A DNA stretch of 60,509 bases, from positions 1 through 60,509 of the IMG/VR virus record IMGVR_UViG_3300037504_000266; one strand, written 5' to 3'. Numbering within the stretch: position 1 is the stretch's first letter; each line of letters starts with the position of its first letter. The position numbers were made by a program, and so were the translations under genes. This stretch comes from a virus (taxonomy: Duplodnaviria; Caudoviricetes). The notes under the pieces were generated by a model. It ran no database searches and had not been told where the DNA came from. It saw only the letters and a list, made by a program, of their open reading frames with translations. Shown one piece after another: positions 27,895 through 38,617 of this stretch.

Positions 27895-28514
27895 CTGACC
27901 AGCTAATACGCAACGATCAAATTGTGCAAAGTTTGTCTCAGGCGATTGCACGGGGCATGGCAAGTATTCCTGCCGTACCTGGGCTGTTACGCTCAGTGCT
28001 TGAGAAGGATATGTGGCGCGAGCGTGTAGTTAGGCAAACCGGAGAGATCGCACGATTTAATACCTTCGAGGAATTTGTTACGTCACATCCACCAGAGGGA
28101 TTGGGCACAACGGTTAAGGTTCTAGAAAGCATTTGCAACGAGCATAACGGGGCAGACGTATTGCCCCGATTGCGCGCGGCCAAGAGTGCGGCGGGGCCGG
28201 TGGGCAGGCCGCCTGAGGGCCAAAACAACGTATTACGTTGTTTTAAGGGGCACAACGATACCGCCGACGGCAAACTCGCCCGCCTCAAACGTGATCGCCC
28301 CGACCTAGCTCAAGCCGTCATTGATGGCGAGCTATCCGCCCATGCCGCTGCTGTTGAGGCGGGGTTTGCCAATCCAAAAGTATCTATCAACTTACGCGAT
28401 CTGTCCAGCGCCGCCCGCACCATCTGGCGCAAACTGGATCGGTCTGAAGTGATGGAACTTATCGACTGGCTGTACAAACTGGAATCCGAATTTGACAAGC
28501 CCCCTGAAGACTAG
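27891..28514 (+). CDS. Hypothetical putative DNA-binding protein coupled to the HNH-helicase
   Basis: ATGA overlap; C-terminal RLKRDRPDLAQAVIDGELSAHAA helix bundle. Confidence 0.65.
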   Translation: MTDQLIRNDQIVQSLSQAIARGMASIPAVPGLLRSVLEKDMWRERVVRQTGEIARFNTFEEFVTSHPPEGLGTTVKVLESICNEHNGADVLPRLRAAKSAAGPVGRPPEGQNNVLRCFKGHNDTADGKLARLKRDRPDLAQAVIDGELSAHAAAVEAGFANPKVSINLRDLSSAARTIWRKLDRSEVMELIDWLYKLESEFDKPPED

Positions 28515-28567
28515 GGGGCAATTTGCCATGACAAAGACTTGTACTCTTGGCGAGACTGTGCTATACT
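28500..28567 (+). promoter_or_regulatory. Early promoter with upstream palindromic operator
   Basis: CCCCCT-N7-AGGGGG (28500-28518), then TTGTAC-17-TATACT with TG extension. Confidence 0.7.
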
Positions 28568-28597
28568 GTATCTACAGTCAAACAGTAAGGAGCCAAC

Positions 28598-28984
28598 ATG
28601 AAAAACATTACCCGGTTTAACGCAGACTTTGCCTATGAAGTCGAGAAACGATTTCCCGGTGTGACGGTTACCCCCTCGACATTCATGTTTAAACATGGAT
28701 ACCAGCACGGATGGCAAATGGCATTTGCCAACGGGTTTGTTGCCAGCATTCAGTTTGGCCCGTTTAATTATTGCAGTAATCGAAATTTGGCTCCCATTGA
28801 CTGGGGCGCCCCACCTACCACACTCTGGACGGAAACAGCGTTCAATGCCGAGATCGCCGGATGGTGGCGAGATGTAGACGGCGTGGATGGTGAGATGGTG
28901 AAGTTCGATGGCTGGAACGACACGGTGGCAGGCTGGAAAGAGCCGCATGAAGTTCTGGAATGGTTGGACGAATACGCCAGCTAA
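28598..28984 (+). CDS. Hypothetical early protein
   Basis: AAGGAG RBS; downstream hairpin terminator at about 29006-29026. Confidence 0.7.
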   Translation: MKNITRFNADFAYEVEKRFPGVTVTPSTFMFKHGYQHGWQMAFANGFVASIQFGPFNYCSNRNLAPIDWGAPPTTLWTETAFNAEIAGWWRDVDGVDGEMVKFDGWNDTVAGWKEPHEVLEWLDEYAS

Positions 28985-29044
28985 CGCCCGACTAACACAC
29001 ACCGCGCCCCCGGCGACGGGGGCATTTACAGGAGAGACTTTATC

Positions 29045-29602
29045 ATGACCGACTATCGCCCCGACCACATTTTGGACGCCGAAGACGCCGCCGTTGGCTT
29101 CCCGACGCCGCCCGCTGACAGCAACCCGTTTAGCACTGCCTGTGACTGGCTCACGCCCGGACCGCACGCGGCACTTATCCATAGCCCGCAGCGGGCACGC
29201 ATGGCGGCATACGTTGCCCAGGCCGTTGACGCAGAGCAGCGCGCCAGCAAAGCACTGTCGCAATTTGAGACAGCAGTCATGGCGCGCGAATGGGCAGAAA
29301 AGAGCGCGTCACGGGCAAAAGAGCAGGCCACCGCCGCCCGCGCCCAACAACAAGCCGCTGAGGACGCGGTAGAAGTGGCCGAGCGTGAGCGCCGGAGCAC
29401 AGAGGTTACGTTGCAGCAGGCGCGCGGTGCTGTTAAACGCCAGGGCGACATTATGGAGCGTGCGGGCGACTATTTAGATCGTGCGGGCGTTCCGGCTGAT
29501 ATGCCACTGGATGATCGTGTCCGGTGGCTACTGCAAAATTCGCAAATTCGTAGGTGGCGTCCGAAGCATGACGAGGCCGCCGCCGAAGCGCGCAACGCAT
29601 AA
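29045..29602 (+). CDS. Coiled-coil hypothetical protein
   Basis: Ala/Glu/Gln/Arg-rich heptads; RBS. Confidence 0.65.
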   Translation: MTDYRPDHILDAEDAAVGFPTPPADSNPFSTACDWLTPGPHAALIHSPQRARMAAYVAQAVDAEQRASKALSQFETAVMAREWAEKSASRAKEQATAARAQQQAAEDAVEVAERERRSTEVTLQQARGAVKRQGDIMERAGDYLDRAGVPADMPLDDRVRWLLQNSQIRRWRPKHDEAAAEARNA

Positions 29603-29635
29603 CGCCCGGCAGCCACCGGGCGCTAGCAGATAGGA

Positions 29636-31167
29636 GTGATAGTGAACTCCCACAACGATTTTACCATAAACGATTTGATTGAACTACTAAATATCCTCGG
29701 TGTCCGAGCGTGGCGTAACGGACGCGACGTGTTGACGCCGCACACGCGAATTGCCGCCTTCGATGGCTGCACTTGGACGCAAGCAGCGGTGTATTACGCT
29801 AGCGGTGCCAAGACATTCATGCCCTGGCAAATCGAGGAACTGGCGTTGTTCGTGTGTGACATTGAAGGTGTTGGCGTACCAGTCACGCCGCCGGTACGCC
29901 GGCGCCGTGTGATGGTGTGGCTAGCGTGGGCCGTTACCGTGCTGCTGTCCTTGCTAGGGCGGGGGGCGTGACGATGGACCACACTCCCACATGGCAAGAA
30001 GAATGGGCACCCCGGCAGCGTGTACATGACCGGCACTGCCTGAATACTAATCTAACACAGTCGCTCTGGCCGAGCATGAAGCGCAGCGCGCGGATTGCTA
30101 AAAAGTATGGTGTGCCAGGGTTTCGCGTCCGGCAGCAGGGCGACTTAGCCACAGTGCGGTTTGTTGAGGCTCACCGGCCCACGCCGGAGCAAGTGATCGA
30201 GTTGCGCCGCCTGGATATCTGGTCGGCAACGGCGATCACGGACTATGTGTTATACCCCGATGGCACGGTACGGATACAGCCCGGTGGCACAAGTGACGCT
30301 GCTAAACTGTTGCGCAATATGCCCTGGCCGGGCGAGAAAAGTTATCGGTGCAGTGACTGGGACCCGCGCCTTGAAAAAAAAGACGTGGGTATGACGTGGG
30401 CGCGGCTGCAAGGAATGGCGCAATTGGCCGCCAACGCCGCGCTATCGGCAAATCCCGGATCGCACCTGCCAGATCGGGCGCATGTGCTGAGGGTGACGTA
30501 CTTCCTTTTGGTACGGAATACGGGATGGGACAGCCAGCGTACACCGTACTTATGCGTGGACCTGGTTCCGCTCTGGTTCCGGCATGAAGCAGAGATAGCG
30601 CGTGATTTCTTGGCACGGCAAGGCGTTACAGCAGAAATAGTAACGCGCGCGGAGGCGCTGCGGCGCTGCGATCCGGTTATGGTGAACTATGGCCCCAAGC
30701 AGTCTCTTGATGAGTTTATTGGCGGACGGGGGGCGTAGATGGCCTACGCAATCCTTCCACCTCGACGGCTGCCCGCCCGTGTGCGCGATGCGTTGAGCAC
30801 CGCACCGGGGCTAACAACAGACACCGTATGGTCCTGGTGGCAGCAGGAACTTGAGGCGTATGCACAAGATGAGGCATACGATCCCGGCTGGCGCGTGGCA
30901 CCCGTTAAGGCGTGGCGCACGCTGTTGGAACAGGACGCCGAGCGCGTTGTGATCGAGGCGGCCAGCAAATGGGCCGATGCCGTGACGACTGAGCGCACGC
31001 CGTACCTGGCAGCCGTCGTGGATGAGATACACGAACGCAGCGCGTACACGCCCGCTGACAAATGGTTCATGCGGGCATGGCAGCGCGTGGTGATGTACCG
31101 TCGCGCTGCTGCCATTGAGGGCGCAACACGCGCCGCACAAGCATTGCTGAGTAAAAGTGAGGAGTAG
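29636..31167 (+). other. Three hypothetical CDSs (29636-29971 with C-terminal TM, 29974-30738, 30739-31167)
   Basis: Tightly packed ORFs with RBS sites. Confidence 0.6.
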
Positions 31168-31171
31168 GGAT

Positions 31172-31864
31172 ATGCAGGGTGCAACACCAGAACAGCTAAA
31201 CGAATTGGCACGACCAATTCCCCGACGTTTAATTAAGAGGGGAAAGCGCGGCAAAGAGGAATTTGATTATATTACGGCACGTACAGTCATGAATATGCTG
31301 GACTATGCCGTAGGACGTGCCAACTGGCAGACCTCGTACCGCATTGTGAAACCCGCACAACCACTGACTGTTGAATGCACACTATCCATTTGTATCGATG
31401 GCGAGTGGGTCGGCAAGGCCGATGTGGGAACTGAGGAAAACTTTAGCCCTGAGAAGGCGGCGTATAGCAACGCGCTAAAACGCGCCGGGGCACAATGGGG
31501 TATCGGGCGCGAATTGTACGGAGAGGGCAACGTCTATGAAGAAGACGATGCAAGCATTGATCCCGCCACCGGCGAAGTTGTAGCCGCGCCCCCATCCGCT
31601 CCTGAGATTGACGACGTGGTATGGACGCGAAACGCCGAACGCCTGAATAAGTTTATGACGTGGTGCGAGTCGCTATGGCCGGAGACACACCCGGCCAATT
31701 TGAACAACCGGATCGCGGTAGCGCTCGGTCTGCCAACGCCCGGTGGCAACCGCGACACCCTGGTCGCGACGATCCGCAAACAATACACCGGATCGCCGGA
31801 CGATGCCATGCGCGCAATCGAGAACTACCAGCCGGGCGACAAGTCTACGCCCGCCGCCAGCTAA
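31172..31864 (+). CDS. Rad52/Rad22-family single-strand annealing recombinase
   Basis: YITARTVMNMLD..VG..NWQ...K.DVG......EKAAYSNALKRAGAQWGIGRELY. Confidence 0.88.
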   Translation: MQGATPEQLNELARPIPRRLIKRGKRGKEEFDYITARTVMNMLDYAVGRANWQTSYRIVKPAQPLTVECTLSICIDGEWVGKADVGTEENFSPEKAAYSNALKRAGAQWGIGRELYGEGNVYEEDDASIDPATGEVVAAPPSAPEIDDVVWTRNAERLNKFMTWCESLWPETHPANLNNRIAVALGLPTPGGNRDTLVATIRKQYTGSPDDAMRAIENYQPGDKSTPAAS

Positions 31865-31928
31865 CCAACCGCGCCTCCTGGCCAGGGCCACGCAGACCGG
31901 CCAGGGGGATATTTGAGAGGACTGAACG

Positions 31929-33211
31929 ATGCGAGACATACCAGACAAAATATTAGAACACATGCGTCGCGGATTGTTAGAGGTTGTGTGTGAGATAGGC
32001 GATCTTGAAGACGCCTATGGTGAATTGGTTGGGGACGATATGGATAACCCGTATTGGAAGGCATACGAGGTACTGAACGCGCTGATGGAGCGTGTTGAGG
32101 CCGAACAAAAACGCCGCAATCCGCCACCGCCCAAACAACCACCGACGAATGCACAGATTGCAGCGGTCGCGCAACAACAAGCGGAATGGGAAGCCGCATT
32201 AGACGCCGCCGCAGAACAGGCGGAGGATTAATATGGATAACGCACTCTTGACAATTGCGAGCAAATTAAGCAACGCGGCATGGCTGTTGACACACAACCT
32301 GGACGCTAACCGGCTAGATGCCGCCATTACAACTATTCAGGCAGCGCGGTCTATGGCAATTGCCGCCTGCACCGGAGCGGGCGAACTCCGCGCTGCCTAC
32401 GAGGGCGAGCGCACCAAACGAGAGGCGTTGCAACGCGCGCTGAACATGACAGCGCAGCGCGATCCGGAACTGGTTGAAGAGGTGTTGTCCGTGTGCCCAG
32501 GGGCACAGGTGACAGTGCCGACAAAGTAGGTGAGTGTTGGCATGCTGGCGGGCGGCGCGCAATGCACCATAGGAGGCGCGTAAGCCACCGGACAAGGCGT
32601 TTAGCGCGGCGTCTGGCTACCGTCGCAACGTAGCAGCGTTGTACCCACGCAGGCCCGCCAGCCAACCAATTTATAAACCATAAGGAGATATCATGAGCAA
32701 GAAACAGGAACCTGTAGGCAAAAAACAGCATATTGGTACGCATGAGGAAAAGGAGCGCAAGGTTGATGCGCGCTGCCAGCGATGCCAACAACAGCCAGCA
32801 TTGCTGCCGGATGCCTATTGCGCCCCATGCGCCGAAATTGTGGCGCAAGTGGACGCCATGTGGGAGGCGTACTATGGGCAAGAGTAAACAACGCAAACAA
32901 TGCGCATGTTGCGGACGCCAGCACCCGCGTAAATACAGTCAGTTTTGCGAGGCGTGCTGGCAACATCGCCGGGCAGAAGTTCGGCGGATCATGGGGTTTA
33001 TTGGACAGGAGCAATCCAAATGAACAACATCGATTTACGGTTATACCAGTGGGACTTTCGGGCGGCAGGCGTGGATATGTGGTTCGATAATGACACGGTG
33101 ACGCTCACCGCCCGGCAGGGCGACAGCGCTGCCCTGACGTTGAAACGCCGTGCACCCGACTTTGCGCAGCGGTTGGACGCTCGCACTCGAACAATCGCGC
33201 GTCTGGTTTGA
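31929..33211 (+). other. Small hypothetical CDSs (31929-32231, 32233-32529, 32693-32887 and 32874-33023 with CxxC, 33020-33211)
   Basis: RBS sites and coupling. Confidence 0.55.
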
Positions 33212-33546
33212 GACGCACCAGATGATGTCCGCCGCGCACGAGACTGACAGCTAGCACGCGGCGGCCACGAGCAGGGGCGGCGCGGACACGTCGCCCCTAG
33301 CAGGGAGAGTATAGCATGATTTTAGTGGGAGCATTGTTGTACGCTGCGGCATTCGTCGTTATTGTGGCCGTATGTGCAGGCTATATTGTCCGCGAATACC
33401 GCCCAGACTACCGCAAGCGTCGCCCGCCGCGCGCCTACCGGCGACAGAAACGGCGGCGGCGATGAGCATGTTCACTATATACGCGATTATCGTTGTTGTT
33501 GCGCTGGCGGTTGTTCTGGCCGCCGCGCTACGGATTGGAGAGTAGG

Positions 33547-34101
33547 ATGTATTTTAAACAAATTGACGAGATTGTGTCGGGGACAAAAACCCAAACCCGT
33601 CGGATAGTAAAGCCGGGAGAATGGTTGGCAGGCGGTCCGTTTGAGGTTGAGGGCAAACAGTTCGTGTCGCCCGTGTCTATCTACAGCGGTACAATTCCGA
33701 ATGAGCGCCTCAAGTGGCAAGTCGGGCGCGACTACGCCGTATCGCCCGGACGCGGCAAACCGGGCGTGTGGTGGCACCCCGGAACCCATCCGGCGTGGAA
33801 ACTACCCGGCGATATCGCGACTAACGCCATATTCGATTGGCAACCGCTGCGCATTCGCATCACAGCAATCCGCCGGGAGTCGTTGCAGGACATCACGCCT
33901 GATGATGCCCGTGCCGAAGGCAAACCGCACGAATACCCCTGGACTGGTCCCGTAACTCACCCGCACCAAGTGGATGCTGTCGCGTGGTACCGCGATCTAT
34001 GGGAGCGCATTAACGGGCGTGGCTCGTGGGATGCCAATCCCGACGTGTGGGTATTGGAGTTTGAGGTAGTCAGGAGCAAGCGACATGAGCCGCAAACTTG
34101 A
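33547..34101 (+). CDS. ASCH/PUA-like protein
   Basis: I.SGTKTQTRR...IRITAIRRESLQDIT..DA.AEG...W.ANP.VWVLEF. Confidence 0.8.
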   Translation: MYFKQIDEIVSGTKTQTRRIVKPGEWLAGGPFEVEGKQFVSPVSIYSGTIPNERLKWQVGRDYAVSPGRGKPGVWWHPGTHPAWKLPGDIATNAIFDWQPLRIRITAIRRESLQDITPDDARAEGKPHEYPWTGPVTHPHQVDAVAWYRDLWERINGRGSWDANPDVWVLEFEVVRSKRHEPQT

Positions 34102-34711
34102 CATTGCCATGCGCGTCCAGTTGGCACCCGATCTCACGATTGGCGACGCGCTGGACGAGGCACAGCGGCTATCGCGCGATGTGGAGCGCGCACTCGAACT
34201 ACTGGACCGTGTGCGATGGGCGCTACAAAGTGCTGAAGACACCGACCAGTATGCGCTCAACGACCTCAAGGACGCCATTCGCATTCTGGCACCGCAGCTA
34301 GAACAACCAGATAGCACGCCGATTTTATTGTGAGGAGCGACGATGAACCAGAAACAGAAGGAACAACTTGACGCGATACGGGCGCGGTGGGACACCATTA
34401 TGCCTGAAGACTTCGCGCGTTACCCGAAGGTCGCTGCCGAGCAATCATTCGCCGACGTGCGTGCGCTGCTCAACGTTCTGGACACGGCGCAGCAGCGCAT
34501 CGCGGACCTTGAGGCGGCGGATCGTGCCCAGTGGGCCAAAGTCCGTGAGCGACTGTTACGAGGTGCCCGCGATACCGCACGGCAACAATACCGCCGGGAA
34601 CGTGAGAACCGCCAATTACTTGAGCGCGAAATGGTCCGCGTTGCGCCGGAGCACTACGATGCCATTAAAGACCAACTGCATCGCGATATTAACGAGCCGG
34701 ATAAGACATGA
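34085..34711 (+). other. Two hypothetical CDSs (34085-34333, 34343-34711)
   Basis: GGAG RBS sites and coupling. Confidence 0.55.
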
Positions 34712-35508
34712 ACAAGCAAAACAAAGGGAACGGCGCTCGTGGGATCGAATGGACGGACTATACCTGGAATCCGGTGGCAGGTTGCAAGTTTGGCTGCGAA
34801 TGGCTCATGCCGGACGGACAGACGGCGCAGTGCTACGCCAAGACTGTCGCCGAGGGTCTGGCGCAGCACGCCTATCCCGATGGGTTTGAGCGGGTATACT
34901 GGCATCCCGACCGTCTGGACCAGCCGTTGCGCCTCAAAACGCCGTCTAAAATCTTTCTGGACAGCATGAGTGACCTCTTGGGGGCTGGTGTACCCGACGA
35001 GTACGTGCGAGCCGTCTTCGACGTGTGCCGCCGGGCATACTGGCATGACTTCCAAATCTTGACCAAAAACCCGGCGCGATTGCTCAAATTGGCCCACGAG
35101 ATTCCGGCTAATGTGTGGGCCGGGGTGTCGGCCCCGCCCACCTTTATGCGTGGACACCAAGTTAACCAAGAGGCCATGATGAACCGTGCGTTGGAATGCC
35201 TGTCGAAAATTCACACGAGCACACGCGGTCCGCGTGTGCTGTGGATGAGCCTTGAGCCGCTGTCGTTTGATGTGGCGGTCCTGTTACATTCATGGTATGC
35301 CAAGTTCTTGGATTGGTTGGTGATCGGCGCGGCCAGCAATGGCCGGACCACCTACCAGCCCGATCCGGAGCATGTTCAACATGTGCTCAATTGGGCAGCC
35401 CCACGCGGGGTCAAGATTTTCTTCAAGGGCAACCTGGACTGGACGCCCCACCTGGAACACTGGCCGCGAGGCTGGACGCCGTATAAAGGCCATGTGCCGG
35501 ATGTATAA
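34708..35508 (+). CDS. DUF5131 (phage Gp37/Gp68) radical-SAM-like protein
   Basis: IEWTDYTWNPVAGC, CYA, SMSDL, FQILTK, SLEPL and LDWLVIG. Confidence 0.9.
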   Translation: MNKQNKGNGARGIEWTDYTWNPVAGCKFGCEWLMPDGQTAQCYAKTVAEGLAQHAYPDGFERVYWHPDRLDQPLRLKTPSKIFLDSMSDLLGAGVPDEYVRAVFDVCRRAYWHDFQILTKNPARLLKLAHEIPANVWAGVSAPPTFMRGHQVNQEAMMNRALECLSKIHTSTRGPRVLWMSLEPLSFDVAVLLHSWYAKFLDWLVIGAASNGRTTYQPDPEHVQHVLNWAAPRGVKIFFKGNLDWTPHLEHWPRGWTPYKGHVPDV

Positions 35509-35526
35509 GTGTGAGAGGATAGGAAC

Positions 35527-36048
35527 ATGAAAAAGATATGGATTGTGCTGGAAGGTCCTGACTTCGACTATGCTAGCTTCAGGGCCGCTACCTCTACTCG
35601 CGAGCGGGCGCAGCATTACGCTGATGAGCTGCTGCCCAATAAGTTTGAGGCGACGAGCTGGGTATCTCTGGTTGGGCGTTTGCATATTCAGGCTGAGGGG
35701 CGGCGCGTACACGTAGCTGAAATGCCGCTTGTCTTCTCAGATATCGTGTATCAGTGGATATTCTGCACTGATGTCGATCCCGCTGTGTAGCGGTGTCGTA
35801 AGTATCGTGACGCTATTCACAAAGAAAACCTAATGCCTGATCAGATCGAGGAAGCCAAACTCAACGCTGTGCGCTTGGCAAAGGCCCTTCGCACCGCCAA
35901 GTCGCCAGAGTCCAAGCTCGCCCCGGAGACGGCCCGTAAACGGCTCAACAGTTATTTGCGACGTTTGCTGGACGAGCAAGGCTGGGATGTATGGAAGGCG
36001 GCAGTGCAGGCAATTCATGAGTATGAAACAGGCCAGCGGGACACCTGA
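35527..36048 (+). other. Two hypothetical CDSs (35527-35790, 35833-36048)
   Basis: Protein-like ORFs in operon orientation. Confidence 0.5.
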
Positions 36049-36103
36049 TATACATTTCCCGCATTATGTTACATCTATGAAGCGAGAGGAGCACATCGTA
36101 ACC

Positions 36104-36838
36104 ATGCCCGCCCACACCCCGCCCCGGCAGCCCGCGCTCCCCGGCGTTGACATGCGCCCGCTGTGTCCCGGCTGCAAGCGCCCGGCGGCGCTGCTCGGCC
36201 AGTGGATGGCCGGGAGCCGCGTCTACCTGTGCCGCGCGTGCACCCTGGCGTATCCCGCGCCGGACGTGCTGGAACGTCACGACGGCAAGCGGCACGGCGT
36301 CGTCGTGCGCCGCGACGCGCCCCTAGCAGCGCGCGAACGCAAGGTCAGCCTCGAAAACTCGCTGACCCGGCTGCAGCGGGGCTGTGTGCTCAGCCTGGCC
36401 GACTGGACGCTCGCGCGCGGTCTGCCGTGCGAGCGCATCGACCACCACCCCTACCTCAACTGCCCGGTGTGCACGCGCGAGCTGCGCACCTACACCCGGC
36501 GCGTCACGGCGGGCGAGCCGGACGGCCTGGCCCCGCCCGCCATCGGGCGGCAGCTACGCCTGCCGGTGTGCCAGCGCTGCGGCCAGCCGCACGACCGGCG
36601 CGGCCCGTTTGACGCCGGCGAGGTCCAGCCGTACTGCCAGCGCTGCGACGACGAGATATCGGTCCTGGCGCTGTGGCGCAATCGCGGCATCTTCGGCGAT
36701 GACGACGCCGAACACATCATGGACCGTGTGCAGGTCGCATTTCCCGGTCTGTTCGAGCGGGGCGTGCTGCCCGACCTGTGGTTTCACCTGCTGGTCGAGG
36801 CTGCCGCCACATCCCATCACCCACATTCACCTTCATAG
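36104..36838 (+). CDS. Multi-zinc-finger protein in a GC-rich segment
   Basis: CPGC, CRAC, CPVC, CQRC and CQRC; GAGGAG RBS. Confidence 0.65.
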   Translation: MPAHTPPRQPALPGVDMRPLCPGCKRPAALLGQWMAGSRVYLCRACTLAYPAPDVLERHDGKRHGVVVRRDAPLAARERKVSLENSLTRLQRGCVLSLADWTLARGLPCERIDHHPYLNCPVCTRELRTYTRRVTAGEPDGLAPPAIGRQLRLPVCQRCGQPHDRRGPFDAGEVQPYCQRCDDEISVLALWRNRGIFGDDDAEHIMDRVQVAFPGLFERGVLPDLWFHLLVEAAATSHHPHSPS

Positions 36839-36866
36839 CAAGCCCGTTGAAAGCGAGGAGCTTACC

Positions 36867-37073
36867 ATGTCTGACGTTTCTACCACCGGCCCCTTCGAGG
36901 GCAACCATGCCACCCCCGCCATCGCCAACAACAGCCCGCTGACCTACGGCGAGGCGATTAAGCTGTGGGCCGTGCTCACCGATGACGCCCTGCCCGACGA
37001 CCATGCCATCTGGCCCGTGCTGCGCCAGTGGCTCACCACCGCCCACGCCGCCCACGCACATTTATCTGGTTAA
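36867..37073 (+). CDS. Hypothetical protein
   Basis: GAGGAG RBS before MSDVSTT. Confidence 0.55.
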   Translation: MSDVSTTGPFEGNHATPAIANNSPLTYGEAIKLWAVLTDDALPDDHAIWPVLRQWLTTAHAAHAHLSG

Positions 37074-37113
37074 GGAAGAATGAGGCGGGACGCCCCGCCC
37101 CGGAGGAGATACG

Positions 37114-37641
37114 ATGAACGCGAACGATAGCACAACCGACCTGCACGATCTGCGCCGCTCGATTGCTGAGCGATTGGGTGTCACTTTGGCCTACGTCCCA
37201 TATGCAGACATCATGGGGTTTTTACCGTGCGATGCATTGGGATACATGGTGTTTGTTGCCACCACACCAGAGGGATACAAGGGCTATTCTCAAATGTCAG
37301 AGAGTCGCGCACTTGATGAGGCAGGTGTCCCCAACTGGCCTAGCGACCTCGGCGCGGCGCTGGTACTGTGTTTGGATGTAGCGCGCCGTCATCCCGGCAG
37401 CATGTGGAGATGGGACATAACAATAGCTGAACTTGAGACGCTATCCAAGTTCCGGGCACAGTTTACAACGCAACCCAGCGATGTCTATGCCATTGGCACC
37501 GGCAGAACCCCCGCCGAGGCTCTCTCCCGGCTGGCCCTAGCCGCGCTGTCTTGCGCCCCCCCAACCCATCGCAACCACATAGGCGGGAACGCCCTGCCCC
37601 GCCTGGCAGGTGATTGGAGAATAAACCATGTATGTCTATAA
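37114..37641 (+). CDS. Phage ABA-sandwich (BC1872-like) protein
   Basis: VPNWPSDLGAAL...GRTPAEALSRLALAAL. Confidence 0.55.
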   Translation: MNANDSTTDLHDLRRSIAERLGVTLAYVPYADIMGFLPCDALGYMVFVATTPEGYKGYSQMSESRALDEAGVPNWPSDLGAALVLCLDVARRHPGSMWRWDITIAELETLSKFRAQFTTQPSDVYAIGTGRTPAEALSRLALAALSCAPPTHRNHIGGNALPRLAGDWRINHVCL

Positions 37642-38149
37642 CGCTCAAGAAGTCGCACGGGGTGCAATGCTAAGTATTGTGCCCTGCATTAGCCCGCCAA
37701 AGTGGGGATGGGGATTGGATATCGGGCGGAATGTGTTCCACCTGTATCATGACAGTAGTCTCTCTTGGACGCCCAAGCACGACGGTGCTACGTTCCCCGG
37801 CCCCGGCGTATATCGCCGTGTGGCAATTCGGGAGGGATGGAACGGGGACATAATCCCAGAGGGTGACTGGTGGGATCGTGCCCTGTATATTGAGGGGCGC
37901 GTGTATGCCATTCAGAGCGCCCCATTCCGTAAACGCGAGTGTAATCGGAAGCTAGCGGTGGTATCTGGCACGAAACTGTTGAACTTTACCGCATATTTAC
38001 ACAACAAGCTAGGGATTGAAAATCGGTATTCCGATCACCCATTTGGCGTGTATAAAACGTTTATCGAATGGTGGAATGAGCACACGTCGGGGCGATATCA
38101 ATTCGACTGGAATCCCGATGTTTGGTTATTAGAATGGGCAGAAGCCTAG
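37628..38149 (+). CDS. Divergent ASCH-like protein
   Basis: C-terminal FIEWWNE...NPDVWLLEW resembles the 33547 product. Confidence 0.5.
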   Translation: MYVYNAQEVARGAMLSIVPCISPPKWGWGLDIGRNVFHLYHDSSLSWTPKHDGATFPGPGVYRRVAIREGWNGDIIPEGDWWDRALYIEGRVYAIQSAPFRKRECNRKLAVVSGTKLLNFTAYLHNKLGIENRYSDHPFGVYKTFIEWWNEHTSGRYQFDWNPDVWLLEWAEA

Positions 38150-38205
38150 ACGCGCGGGAACGCCCCGCCCCACGCCCAACGCCGCCAACCGGGGGCGTAG
38201 CCTAA

Positions 38206-38290
38206 CCCCCTAACGCTTAGGGGGTAATTCCCCCACTTTTCACTTGACAAAATTGTATCGCAGCGGTACAATTAAGACAGTTGAGTAAAC
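38206..38290 (+). promoter_or_regulatory. Early promoter with operator and conserved +1 region
   Basis: CCCCCT-N7-AGGGGG, TTGACA-17-TACAAT, then TAAGACAGTTGAGTAAAC. Confidence 0.85.
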
Positions 38291-38311
38291 AGCGCAAACA
38301 GGAGATACGAA

Positions 38312-38608
38312 ATGACGAAGAAAACACGTAAGCACACATACATTGCACTCACGACCCATAACGCGCAGATGAACGGTTACAATCTGGTTATCGCTGCCGG
38401 GCATAGCCGGAAGGCAGTCGAGGCCAAAGCCCGCGAGATTATCGGACCCGTTGTTACCGAATACGGTACGGACATCTATAAGGACACTGAGCACAAAAAC
38501 CTTATCGTGGTAAGCAAGACACGTGCCAAGCGTGATTTTGGCTTCGATTGGGAACAGTTCTACCCCCACCCAAACGATCCCACCGAACAATATGAGTGGG
38601 TAGGCTAA
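38312..38608 (+). CDS. Hypothetical early protein
   Basis: AGGAG RBS directly after the promoter. Confidence 0.7.
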   Translation: MTKKTRKHTYIALTTHNAQMNGYNLVIAAGHSRKAVEAKAREIIGPVVTEYGTDIYKDTEHKNLIVVSKTRAKRDFGFDWEQFYPHPNDPTEQYEWVG

Positions 38609-38617
38609 TCACACACA

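Noticed and set aside
35621-35630. Other CTGATGA occurrences (also about 33899 and 39750) as hammerheads
   Set aside because: They lie within CDSs, and I could not build the flanking stems and GAAA core.
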